From positions 1,561 through 65,560 of the forward strand of contig JAIRYF010000051.1 in assembly GCA_031267895.1 (NCBI GenBank): a stretch of 64,000 nt of DNA, written 5' to 3'. Both the position numbers and the translations under genes were made by a program. Shown piece by piece: positions 36,802-45,680 of this stretch (within the stretch, counting starts at the first letter, position 1; the number at the start of each line of letters is the position of its first letter). The notes under the pieces were generated by a model, which was given only the letters and a program-made list of their open reading frames with translations, did no database searches and was not told the DNA's origin. The stretch is from Candidatus Methanoplasma glyptotermitis (GTDB taxonomy: Archaea > Thermoplasmatota > Thermoplasmata > Methanomassiliicoccales > Methanomethylophilaceae).

Positions 36802-37030
36802 ACCCCGCTATATGCATCGGCGGTCTCATACGATGTCTTTTGCCCGTATCGGGTTGTCTTACCGTTCATATTTGCCGTTTTTCGGTATACTTTAGGTTCT
36901 ACAGGTATCAGTCGCAGTATGAATTCATCATATTGATTCATCTCTTCCCGGCATCTTGGATGCCTGTTTACGGAAACGGTCTGTCCGTGCCTCACATCGG
37001 TTATATTTCCGTTTGCGCATAACCCCCGGC

Positions 37031-37597
37031 ATGAGATATGACCAGGATATCATAACCGAAACAGACGAGAGCGTATACCCTCCGTCAGACGACAGCATCC
37101 TTCTCATAAGGTCCTTTGATGTGCGGCCCGGGGAGAAAGTGCTGGAGATAGGGTGCGGCTCCGGGATTGTATCCATGCACTGTGCTATGAACGGGGCGAA
37201 TGTCACATGCGGCGACGTGAACCCGAAATCGGTTGCGCTGACAAAAAGAAACATGGAACTGAACGGACTCTGTGCGAATGTTATCGAAACTGACGTATAT
37301 TCATGTACAAAGGGGAAATTCGATACGATCTTATTCAATCTTCCATATCTCCCGGTCGAAGAAAAAGGAGAGTTGGCACTTGCATGGTCCGGCGGCACGG
37401 ACGGCCTCGGGCCTCTTCCGCATTTGATATCCGGGGCGGATGAGCACCTCCTGCCCGGCGGCAGAATAATCATCACAGTATCATCGCTTATGGATCAGGA
37501 GGGTCTGCGGCATACTCTGAAAGGACTCAGCGTGAAAGTCCTGTCTGAACTTCCCCTCTTCTTCGAGAAACTCAATGTCCTTGAAATCACCCGATAA
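37031..37597 (+). CDS. HemK/PrmC-like (Mtq2-type) SAM-dependent methyltransferase
   Basis: VLEIGCGSGIVS SAM-binding motif I and the NLPYLP (NPPY-type) motif. Start placed at ATG 37031. Confidence 0.8.
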   Translation: MRYDQDIITETDESVYPPSDDSILLIRSFDVRPGEKVLEIGCGSGIVSMHCAMNGANVTCGDVNPKSVALTKRNMELNGLCANVIETDVYSCTKGKFDTILFNLPYLPVEEKGELALAWSGGTDGLGPLPHLISGADEHLLPGGRIIITVSSLMDQEGLRHTLKGLSVKVLSELPLFFEKLNVLEITR

Positions 37598-39449
37598 GCT
37601 TTTTTATCTCCGCGGCGAGAAGTTCGTTGGCCTGTCTGCCGTCTATCCTGCCTCTTAATGCTCCCATAACGGGACCCATCAGCGGTCCAATCGCATCCTG
37701 CCCTTTGGATCTTACAAAATCCTCCCGTTCCCTGACAATGTCTGCTATCACCCGGGAAGCTTCATCGCTGCCGACGGACCCGACCCCCAATGCGCTGACC
37801 GCCGCATCCGCATCGGACCCCTCGGCCATTCTTCTCAGCAGAGAGGGCAGTGCCTCCTTCGAAAATCTGTTCGCTTTGAGAAGATCGAACATCCGAATCA
37901 GAGAGGCACGGCTCACCGAGCCGGGGTCCAGCCCTTCGCGTTCCAATTCTGAATATGTGTTCGTAAGAGTTGTGGCAGCTATCGCCGGCATCCCAGACGC
38001 TTCGGATATCTCGGCAAACAGCTCATCGCGGTTCTGTCTCACGATCTGTCCGGCCTGCTGTGCATTTATGCCATACATGCCAATCAATCTTTTTTCGATC
38101 TTCTCCGGAAACTCCGGCATGTTCTCTTCTATTGTCTTCAGAACATCATCGGTTATGAGTATCGGAGGCACATCCGTCTCCGGATACATCCTTGCTGCTC
38201 CGGGAAGCGGCCTGGAGTATTTTGTCGTCCCGTCGGGCAGAGGATCCCTCGTCTCCTCGGGTACGCCTTCCAGAGCGAGGTTTGCTCTTTCTACTGCGGC
38301 CCTGAGCGCATCCGCCGCCTTCCTTTCTTTTGCGGCGCACATAACGAACGCATCGGACGGGGACATATCCATATACAGCCTGAGGGAATCGACAGACTCT
38401 CTCTCTATTCCGTAATCGGGCAGTTCGTCGGAATGGAATATGCCTCTGACTCCCTTTACCCTGGCATACTGTGCCATCTCAGAACCCAGTCTCAGCTTTT
38501 TTCCGTCTCCGTTCATGACTCCTGAGAAGCCGCAGAGCCTCACTGCCATCACCTTCCCTCCTCCGGCAAGTGCCTCTTTGATAACTTTCGACCCGCATTT
38601 CGAGAATATCTCCGTAACATCGACCGGTTCGAACTCCGCAGGGCGGGTTCCCCTTTCCAGCAGAATGTCTCTTATCCTGAGGAGCATTGCCTGTCTGTCC
38701 ATTTCGTTTCTCACAAAATCCGGGAGCATTCTCAGTTCCTGAACTCCTTTGATCTCCACTCTGGCACCTCCCGGAACTGAAATGTTCAGATCTTCTCTGA
38801 TCGTTCCTATCCCGCGTTTCACCTTCTTTGTTGCCCTCAGAAGGGTTCCGAGCCTGAGCGCAACCTCCATGACTTCCTCGGGAGTCTCCATGTCGGGAGC
38901 CGTTGCGACTTCTATCAGAGGAATACCCAATCTGTCCAAGCGATACAGGGTCTCGCTTCCGGAGGATTCGAGTTTCCTTGCGGCATCCTCTTCCAAACAT
39001 ACCGAGAGTATCCCTATTTTCCTGCCATTCACTTCCACGGAACCGCCGGTCGCGATGAGCGAGGTTCTCTGAAAGCCCGATGTATTGGATCCGTCCACGA
39101 CTATCTTCCTCATGAACTGGATCTCGTCTATAATGCCAGCATCCAGCATTTTCGAGAATAACAGTGCCGTGTTCATCGCATCCCCGTTGACCGGGTGCGG
39201 AGGCTCCTCATCCAATTCCACAAGACACGTGCAGCCGTCGCAGCACTGATATCTGTAGTCTATTTCCCGCTGGAACTGTGCCAGTGCCGCTTTGTCTATT
39301 TCCCCCATTTCACTGTTGGTGGGCCTGAGTCTGCGGTAGTATGCTCCGTATCCTTCATCCCTGAGGTCGCTGTCGCAGTCGCAAAACAGCTTCTTGGTAT
39401 CCAGTTGCTGATGGATCTCGATGCCGCATACCAGCTTGCGTTCAGACAT
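37587..39449 (-). CDS. gatE: Glu-tRNA(Gln) amidotransferase subunit E
   Basis: 620 aa. CGIEIHQQLDTKKLFCDC N-terminus. Overlaps the gatD stop by 8 nt. Confidence 0.95.
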   Translation of the reverse strand: MSERKLVCGIEIHQQLDTKKLFCDCDSDLRDEGYGAYYRRLRPTNSEMGEIDKAALAQFQREIDYRYQCCDGCTCLVELDEEPPHPVNGDAMNTALLFSKMLDAGIIDEIQFMRKIVVDGSNTSGFQRTSLIATGGSVEVNGRKIGILSVCLEEDAARKLESSGSETLYRLDRLGIPLIEVATAPDMETPEEVMEVALRLGTLLRATKKVKRGIGTIREDLNISVPGGARVEIKGVQELRMLPDFVRNEMDRQAMLLRIRDILLERGTRPAEFEPVDVTEIFSKCGSKVIKEALAGGGKVMAVRLCGFSGVMNGDGKKLRLGSEMAQYARVKGVRGIFHSDELPDYGIERESVDSLRLYMDMSPSDAFVMCAAKERKAADALRAAVERANLALEGVPEETRDPLPDGTTKYSRPLPGAARMYPETDVPPILITDDVLKTIEENMPEFPEKIEKRLIGMYGINAQQAGQIVRQNRDELFAEISEASGMPAIAATTLTNTYSELEREGLDPGSVSRASLIRMFDLLKANRFSKEALPSLLRRMAEGSDADAAVSALGVGSVGSDEASRVIADIVREREDFVRSKGQDAIGPLMGPVMGALRGRIDGRQANELLAAEIKKLIG

Positions 39450-40740
39450 CTGCGGTCCTCCTGTCGCTCATTTCCCCTGCGATCGAAGCCAACATTATTT
39501 TTTTCGCCTCATCCGTATCGTCTGAATTCGCCAGTGCCCACATCAGTTTTACATAAGCCGTTTCCGGCAGCATATCCAGAACGGTTATCGCACCGGCCGA
39601 CAGCATGTCTCTGCCCGTATTGTAAACATTGAGGTTGGTCCGGCCGTTCAGGCACTGAGAGGTTGCCACAACCACGGAACCGTTTTCGCATGCCTTCCTG
39701 ATGAGGGAGATCATATTCTCGTTCACATGGCCGAGTCCCGATCCTGATATTACGATCCCTTTGCTTTTCATCACGATATCTTCGAACAAAGACGGATCCA
39801 TACCCGGATAATACTGAAGGAATACCGTGGCTTTCTCCATGTCCGTCCTTGCGACCGCCTTTCTTTCTGTTATCGGCCTCCCGGCAGACACTGTCTTCAC
39901 GTTCCCTTCCCTGTCGATGTGCGCCACAGGTGCCGCATTGATGCTCCTGAACGCATCGCGTCTGGACGTGTGCATCTTTCTCACCCTGGTCCCCGCGTGA
40001 GCCGCAAACGAATCATCTCCCAGTGTGTCATGCATGACCGCAAACACACCTGCGGTATTTCCTTTAATACAGAATCTCACCGCAGCCATGAGATTTGAGG
40101 AGGCATCCGAGGATGGTCTGTCGGAGGACCTCTGGGAACCGACCAGTACAACGGGTTTCGGAACATCTCCGAGCATAAACGACAATGCAGCCGCGGTGTA
40201 CCCCATTGTATCTGTTCCGTGCGGAATTATCACGGCATCCGCACCGCCATTGATTTCCTGCGCAACAGTCTTCGCAAGTTCCTGCCAGTGTTCCACATTC
40301 ATATTCTCGGAAAATATCGAAAACAGGACTCTGGCGGAGATGTTGGCCGTCTCTCTGATCTCCGGGACGGCGTTCACCAGCTCAGACGTCGAAAGGGCAG
40401 GGTGTACCGCACCCGTCCTGTAGTCCACATATGAAGCTATAGTCCCCCCTGTGCCTATCAGCATGATATTCGGGAGTCCGTCCTTTGTCTCAACGGCAAT
40501 ATCTTTCCCGGCACGGTGCACAGGACCCTCCAACACTCTGACTGCGGAGTCGCCGCTTATCTTTATACCAACATTATAGCCGCTGCTGACCTTCAGTATA
40601 ACAACATCGCCGTTACTGAAATCATTATGCGGCATCAGCGTTCCTGTGTACATCCTGTCTTGAGATTCCACCGAAAGTTTGGAACCTTCCTTGGCACCGA
40701 TACTCTCCAGCAGCTCAGACAGAGAAACCGAATAACTCAT
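39442..40740 (-). CDS. gatD: Glu-tRNA(Gln) amidotransferase subunit D
   Basis: 432 aa. Asparaginase-type motifs GTGGTIAS and HGTDTM after an N-terminal GatD-specific domain. Confidence 0.95.
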   Translation of the reverse strand: MSYSVSLSELLESIGAKEGSKLSVESQDRMYTGTLMPHNDFSNGDVVILKVSSGYNVGIKISGDSAVRVLEGPVHRAGKDIAVETKDGLPNIMLIGTGGTIASYVDYRTGAVHPALSTSELVNAVPEIRETANISARVLFSIFSENMNVEHWQELAKTVAQEINGGADAVIIPHGTDTMGYTAAALSFMLGDVPKPVVLVGSQRSSDRPSSDASSNLMAAVRFCIKGNTAGVFAVMHDTLGDDSFAAHAGTRVRKMHTSRRDAFRSINAAPVAHIDREGNVKTVSAGRPITERKAVARTDMEKATVFLQYYPGMDPSLFEDIVMKSKGIVISGSGLGHVNENMISLIRKACENGSVVVATSQCLNGRTNLNVYNTGRDMLSAGAITVLDMLPETAYVKLMWALANSDDTDEAKKIMLASIAGEMSDRRTADV

Positions 40741-40956
40741 TGTTCTCGCTTCCGCGTAGCACTAACTTACGTATAAGGGCTATGCCTGAACCTTACGGTG
40801 CACATCATCTGCCGCGGGTCTGCGGGTTCCCTGCCGGCTGTCAAAAACAGACTGAATCAGACGGATTTGCATACAGTCAGAGACTATGCCCTCAAGGACA
40901 TAAGCCGGGACCCGGAATTAGGTGAAGTATTTTATCGTAGAACGCATCACGCCTGC

Positions 40957-41607
40957 ATGCACATCGTCCAAGTGGGGATGGAGTATGATGTCCTGAAGGA
41001 AAACAACAGGATAGCGAACTCCAACTATCGCCTGCTGAAAGGGCATAACCTCAGGACAATAGAACTCATGGGTTCTATCGGGTCCGGAAAAACCGCTCTC
41101 ATAATCAAACTGGCCGAGAGACTGAGGAGTAGAGGTATCAAAGTGTGTGCCATCGCCGGGGATGTCACCGGAGAGGATGATCAGAGAAGGATGAAAAAAT
41201 CGGGCTTGGATGCAGTGAATTGCAACACCGGCCATGAATGCCATCTCGATGCCAATCTCGTGAGGAAGAGCCTCGACAGCATGGACTTGGACAAGTACAA
41301 CGTGATCTTCATAGAGAATGTCGGCAACCTGGTATGTCCGGCAGATTTTCCGCTCGGTGCGGATTACAGAGTTGTCGTAATATCGACAACAGAGGGGGAT
41401 GACATGGTAAGAAAACATCATGACATATTTCTGCATTCCGACGTTGCCATACTGAACAAGATAGACATATCGGATGCGGTCGGGGTCGATCCCGAAATCA
41501 TAAAGGGAGATTACGGAAAGCTCACAGGGGGACTGAAGAACATGTATGCGTGCAGCGTAAAAACAGGGGATGGCATAGACGAGATAATCTCTGTGCTGGG
41601 ACTCTGA
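40957..41607 (+). CDS. hypB: hydrogenase nickel incorporation GTPase HypB
   Basis: GSIGSGKTAL P-loop, ENVGNLVCPA and NKID motifs. The start is ambiguous between ATG 40957 and ATG 40978. The ORF-track start at 40798 adds an implausible leader. Confidence 0.88.
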   Translation: MHIVQVGMEYDVLKENNRIANSNYRLLKGHNLRTIELMGSIGSGKTALIIKLAERLRSRGIKVCAIAGDVTGEDDQRRMKKSGLDAVNCNTGHECHLDANLVRKSLDSMDLDKYNVIFIENVGNLVCPADFPLGADYRVVVISTTEGDDMVRKHHDIFLHSDVAILNKIDISDAVGVDPEIIKGDYGKLTGGLKNMYACSVKTGDGIDEIISVLGL

Positions 41608-41616
41608 GGTGAAATA

Positions 41617-42936
41617 ATGAGAATCTTGACTGTTGGCGGCGGAGGAAGGGAGCATGCGGCCGTGGAGGCCCTCTTCCGTTCCGGTGCCGAGATATATTCA
41701 GTAATGAAGAACGCCAATCCCGGTATAGTAAGAAGGGCAAAGGCATACAAACTTGTTGACGAGAGACAGATTGATGATATCTGCGAATTTGCGATAGAAC
41801 ACGACATCGGGTATGCATTCATAGGTCCGGAAGCTCCCCTGGAGATCGGCCTGGTGGATGCGCTCGAACATATCGGCGTACAGTGTGCAGCACCCACCAA
41901 GAGTGCCGCCAGGATAGAAACGTCGAAGGCATTCATGAGATGGCTCGTATCGAAACACAACATAGAGGGAAACCTGATCCATGCCCACTTCACGAATGAA
42001 GAGGACACAGAAAGATATCTGAAGATGCTGGACAGAGAGATAGTCGTGAAACCCGTCGGACTTACAGGCGGGAAAGGCGTTAAGATACAGGGCGAGCACC
42101 TGAACAGCCACGATGAAACAATGGCCTACGTCAGAGAGATCCTCAGCGGTGCAGGGGGTTCAGAAGGTGTCATTATAGAGGAGAAGGTAGAGGGAGAAGA
42201 ATTTACCCAGATGATATTTGTCGACGGGAAACATATTGCACCAATGCCTCTGGTACAGGATCACAAAAGAGCTTATGAGGGAGATAACGGCCCGAATACG
42301 GGCGGAATGGGTTCCTATTCGGATGCCAACCACCTGCTGCCTTTCATCTCCGAAGAGGTGAGAAAAAAGGCACTGGATATTCTGAAGAACATTGTGGATG
42401 CCATGAGTGAGGAAGGATGTCCTTACCGCGGCCCTATGTACGGCCAGTTCATGCTGACTAAAACAGGACCGAAAATTATTGAGATCAATTCCAGATTCGG
42501 AGACCCGGAGGCGATGAATGTCCTTCCGATATTAGAAAGTGATTTTCTCGCGATAATCAGAGATATGACTGCGGGGAAACTCAGAGATGATATAAAATTC
42601 AAGAATCTCGCGACAGTGTGCAAATACGTCGTGCCAAGCGGCTACGGAACCAAACCCGATGCCGGACACGAAGTATGCATTGACGAAGACAGCATACAAA
42701 AGGTCGGTGCCGAAGTGTTCTATGCCAATGTCGACGAGATTGACGGTAAACTGTTCACCATGACATCCAGATCCGTAGGGGTCGTAGGCATAGGCGAGAC
42801 CATCGAAGAAGCCGAGAAAATATGCGAAGCCGCCCTGAAATTTGTCGTAGGAGACTCCATATGCATACGCCACGACATAGGCACTGAAGAGATCATCCAG
42901 AAAAAGATCGATCGCATCAAGAAACTCCTATCATGA
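41617..42936 (+). CDS. purD: phosphoribosylamine-glycine ligase
   Basis: 439 aa ATP-grasp protein. GGGGREHA N-terminus and the GPNTGGMGSY motif. Confidence 0.95.
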   Translation: MRILTVGGGGREHAAVEALFRSGAEIYSVMKNANPGIVRRAKAYKLVDERQIDDICEFAIEHDIGYAFIGPEAPLEIGLVDALEHIGVQCAAPTKSAARIETSKAFMRWLVSKHNIEGNLIHAHFTNEEDTERYLKMLDREIVVKPVGLTGGKGVKIQGEHLNSHDETMAYVREILSGAGGSEGVIIEEKVEGEEFTQMIFVDGKHIAPMPLVQDHKRAYEGDNGPNTGGMGSYSDANHLLPFISEEVRKKALDILKNIVDAMSEEGCPYRGPMYGQFMLTKTGPKIIEINSRFGDPEAMNVLPILESDFLAIIRDMTAGKLRDDIKFKNLATVCKYVVPSGYGTKPDAGHEVCIDEDSIQKVGAEVFYANVDEIDGKLFTMTSRSVGVVGIGETIEEAEKICEAALKFVVGDSICIRHDIGTEEIIQKKIDRIKKLLS

Positions 42937-43709
42937 TGAGATTTGCCGTTAAGGTTGCATATCTGGGAGAGCATTTCTCGGGATCGCAGGCGCAGCCCGG
43001 CCTGAGAACAGTTGAAGGGGATATTCTGTCGGATCTGCAGAAGATACTGAGAATACCGGCAGATGACATTGACCTGAAGATCGCCAGCAGAACCGACAGA
43101 GGAGTAAACTCACTCGGCAATGTCGCTGTGTTCGGCAGCAGTGTAGATGACCAGGACATTCTTATGAGAGCACTGAATGCCGTCTCGAAAGATATATTCT
43201 ACAGAAGCATCGCCTCAGTAGACGACGGATTCAATCCAAGATTCGCTGACGAGAGGAAGTACAGGTACATCCTCCCGTCCGACGGCATGGACACCGCCGC
43301 AATGAAAGAATGCGCTGGGATGTTCGCCGGTGAGCATGACTTCATGAGATTCTGTAAATCCGAATGCAAACCTACTGTTCTCACTCTGAATTCGGTCGAC
43401 ATCCGCAGGGAAAATGATATTATAGTCATAGATTTCTCCGCGAAATACTATCTGTGGAATATGATCCGCCGCATAGTTGCGGCAATTGCGTCTGTGGGAA
43501 GAGGAGACTCAGAGGTATCGGATGCGAGGGATGCGCTTGACGGAAAAAATGTGACATTCGGTCTTGCGAGACCGGACGCACTGACTCTCCTCGATGTCTT
43601 CTACAAAGGTGTTGATTTTGCGGTACCCTCTGCCGACATGTTCGATCGGAGGATCGGAGAATGGATGTTCAGAGACCGGCTGAGGAGCATGTTCTTCGCA
43701 TCATTGTAA
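42933..43709 (+). CDS. truA: tRNA pseudouridine synthase A
   Basis: 258 aa. YLGEHFSGSQ and the catalytic-Asp motif SRTDRGVNS. ATGA overlap with the purD stop. Confidence 0.9.
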   Translation: MMRFAVKVAYLGEHFSGSQAQPGLRTVEGDILSDLQKILRIPADDIDLKIASRTDRGVNSLGNVAVFGSSVDDQDILMRALNAVSKDIFYRSIASVDDGFNPRFADERKYRYILPSDGMDTAAMKECAGMFAGEHDFMRFCKSECKPTVLTLNSVDIRRENDIIVIDFSAKYYLWNMIRRIVAAIASVGRGDSEVSDARDALDGKNVTFGLARPDALTLLDVFYKGVDFAVPSADMFDRRIGEWMFRDRLRSMFFASL

Positions 43710-43732
43710 TATTCAGATGATATTGTCCGCAC

Positions 43733-44323
43733 ATGGAAGAACTGACAAAGATGACCGAAGATGCGCTCAGGATATTTCGGGACATCGAATCTCGAAGAGA
43801 GTGCGCAATAAGACGCTCCAGAGACATAATAAGGGAGACCAAAAGAATGATTCATTCGATACATATTTCGGATGACGGCACCGTATCGAGAGATGCGCTT
43901 ATGAAACTCGTTTCGGATCTTATATCCGAGACCGGCGGTGATCCTTTCGTTATGAACACTGCTCCGGTGACAGATGCTCTGGCCGAGTACGCCGAGGCGA
44001 TGATTCTGGATTCTGTTATCAAAAACGGATGTGTCCTTTCGTTCGGAGACCTGAACATAGGTCCGCAGCCCTGGATTCTGGGCCTTGCGGATTGTCTCGG
44101 TGAGATGCGCAGAGTGATTCTGACATCGCTCATGTCCGGAGATCTGGAAAAAGCAGAGTCCGTATTCTCCAAAATGGAAGAAATATGCCATGAATTAATG
44201 CTCTTTGATGTTCCCGACTCCATACTTCCGATAAGAAGGAAACAAGACATAGCCAGAGGAATTATGGAGAGAACAAGGACAGACATCGCCAATGCAGTCG
44301 TGCTGTCAAAAGCAAGATGTTAA
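43733..44323 (+). CDS. translin-family protein
   Basis: 196 aa, all-helical. LGLADCLGEMRRV (D..GE..R) and IRRKQD motifs resemble the translin/TRAX family. Confidence 0.7.
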   Translation: MEELTKMTEDALRIFRDIESRRECAIRRSRDIIRETKRMIHSIHISDDGTVSRDALMKLVSDLISETGGDPFVMNTAPVTDALAEYAEAMILDSVIKNGCVLSFGDLNIGPQPWILGLADCLGEMRRVILTSLMSGDLEKAESVFSKMEEICHELMLFDVPDSILPIRRKQDIARGIMERTRTDIANAVVLSKARC

Positions 44324-44850
44324 ACCTGAATCTGCGGACGATGTTTTGATGAAATATCCAGGTCAATGCGGAACAGAAGTGCCCTGAATGAATTGATTTG
44401 TTTGCGAGAAGGAATCAATTTCAGTTCCGTGTTCATATAGCGGAGGAGAACAAATCACTGTCTGCAGAGATAATCGTGCATCGGCTGTCAGTCACATGCA
44501 GTTAGAACGCGATATACGCGTGGGTGAACACAGCCAAATCAACAGACAGGGGAGTAACAGAAGTCGGCATATTTAGAGTGGGCGAAGTCCGGAACAAATC
44601 GTCTACACGATTCATGCGTTCATCAATAATATGCAACTTTGATGAAAGCTTATGATCATGTGCGTGACAGAAGACAGCGTGCCGAGGTTCCCCGGAGATG
44701 AGACAGTAACTTCATAGACAAATAAAAAGGAGCTTTTCGGCCTGTGCGAAAAACCGAATTGTATTCTCATTCAGACACCTGTCGTATCAGGGAAAAGAGA
44801 ACGCATTCCTGTGCACTGTCAGCTGCCGCGATGCTGAGTTCCGTATAGGG

Positions 44851-44867
44851 GTGGGGGACACCCCCAC
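44851..44867 (-). terminator. perfect GC hairpin between convergent genes; a short oligo-T run lies on the minus strand next to the stop
   Basis: GTGGGGG-ACA-CCCCCAC. On the minus strand, CTTTTG (44881-44886) follows the TGA of 44892-45680. Confidence 0.25.
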
Positions 44868-44891
44868 AAAGGGTATTTTACAAAAGCGCGC

Positions 44892-45680
44892 TCAGCGCCT
44901 CGATTTCGGTTTGCCGTAGTTCTTCACAGGCTTACGGTAAAGGTAGATCAGTATGACAACCAGCACTACCAGGAAAACAGCCAAAAAGATGTTGACCAGC
45001 CCGTAATCATAATGACCGACATAGAACTCTTTTTCTCCCCCTGATATTACTTCTTTGTAGTCTCCGATGTTTTCATCCCCGGCAACCACATTGAAGGTAT
45101 GCTTCCCGTTTGAGAGATTTTCGGCCACCCATTCGTATGAGACGGTCTCCGATTCTCCGGCGACTACCGACACCAGAGTTTTGCTGTCCTCAACGAACCC
45201 TCCGTCAACGTAGAAATAGACTGCAAAGTCAGTGAAATCTACTTTGCTGTTGTTTTTAAGAACAGCGGTCAGAGTTATCGGCTCCAGAACAGTGACTGTC
45301 TGCGTCCTCTCTGTCACAACAGGATCCTCATCGTCCTTATTCTCCGTAAAGGTAACAGTCAGAACATACCTGCCCGCAGTTTCCGGTGCGGTCACGGTCA
45401 GTTCTGTCTCCACGCCGTTCGAGAGATTTCCCGATGAAGGAAATACGGCACCCGCCCGGCTACCGCTGCTGTTCTTAAGATCGGCTGTGTATGATATTCC
45501 CAGCGTTTCGAACTCCTCGGATTCGAAGAACATTATCTGGTATGTGAGGTCGCCGTTGACCTTCACCGCATTCTTCTCTCCCTTTATAACGGAACTCGCT
45601 CCGTCAACATCCGATGAGTCGTCAAGCAGGATCGCTCCTGCTGCGAAGACCATCGCAAACACTGCTATCGCAGTGATCAC
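44892..45680 (-). CDS. secreted or membrane-anchored beta-rich surface protein
   Basis: N-terminal hydrophobic signal/anchor (ITAIAVFAMVFAAGAILL), a beta-rich body, then a C-terminal TM helix with a basic tail (FLAVFLVVLVVILIYLYRKPVKNYGKPKSRR). Start proposed at GTG 45680, which forms a GTGA overlap with the upstream stop. Alternative ATGs at 45719 and 45746 lie inside the upstream gene. Confidence 0.6.
   Translation of the reverse strand: MITAIAVFAMVFAAGAILLDDSSDVDGASSVIKGEKNAVKVNGDLTYQIMFFESEEFETLGISYTADLKNSSGSRAGAVFPSSGNLSNGVETELTVTAPETAGRYVLTVTFTENKDDEDPVVTERTQTVTVLEPITLTAVLKNNSKVDFTDFAVYFYVDGGFVEDSKTLVSVVAGESETVSYEWVAENLSNGKHTFNVVAGDENIGDYKEVISGGEKEFYVGHYDYGLVNIFLAVFLVVLVVILIYLYRKPVKNYGKPKSRR

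Noticed and set aside
35791-36936. 381-aa ORF antisense to the zinc-ribbon and MBL genes.
   Set aside because: Both minus-strand genes have clear motifs (CPDC/CGEC, HSHSDH). The plus-strand product is Ser/Arg/Cys-rich noise.
40918-41655. 245-aa ORF antisense to hypB, and 20342-21091 (249 aa) antisense to rps9/rpoN and running into tRNA-Pro.
   Set aside because: The opposite-strand genes are unambiguous, and these products have no motifs.
44557-44595. ACAGAAGTCGGC and GCGAAGTCCGGAAC resemble RNase P RNA conserved regions CR-V (ACAGAAnnnGGCUUA) and CR-I (GAGGAAAGUCCGG).
   Set aside because: The two motifs are in the wrong order (CR-V-like before CR-I-like) and only 14 nt apart. The P4 pairing is imperfect, and I could not find other conserved regions. 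The resemblance is treated as coincidental unless a covariance-model search says otherwise.
44347-44700. TGATGA (C-box-like) strings at 44347-44352 and 44640-44645, considered as C/D box sRNA genes.
   Set aside because: The spacing to any CTGA D/D' box does not fit the archaeal 12-nt guide architecture, and no terminal stem was found.
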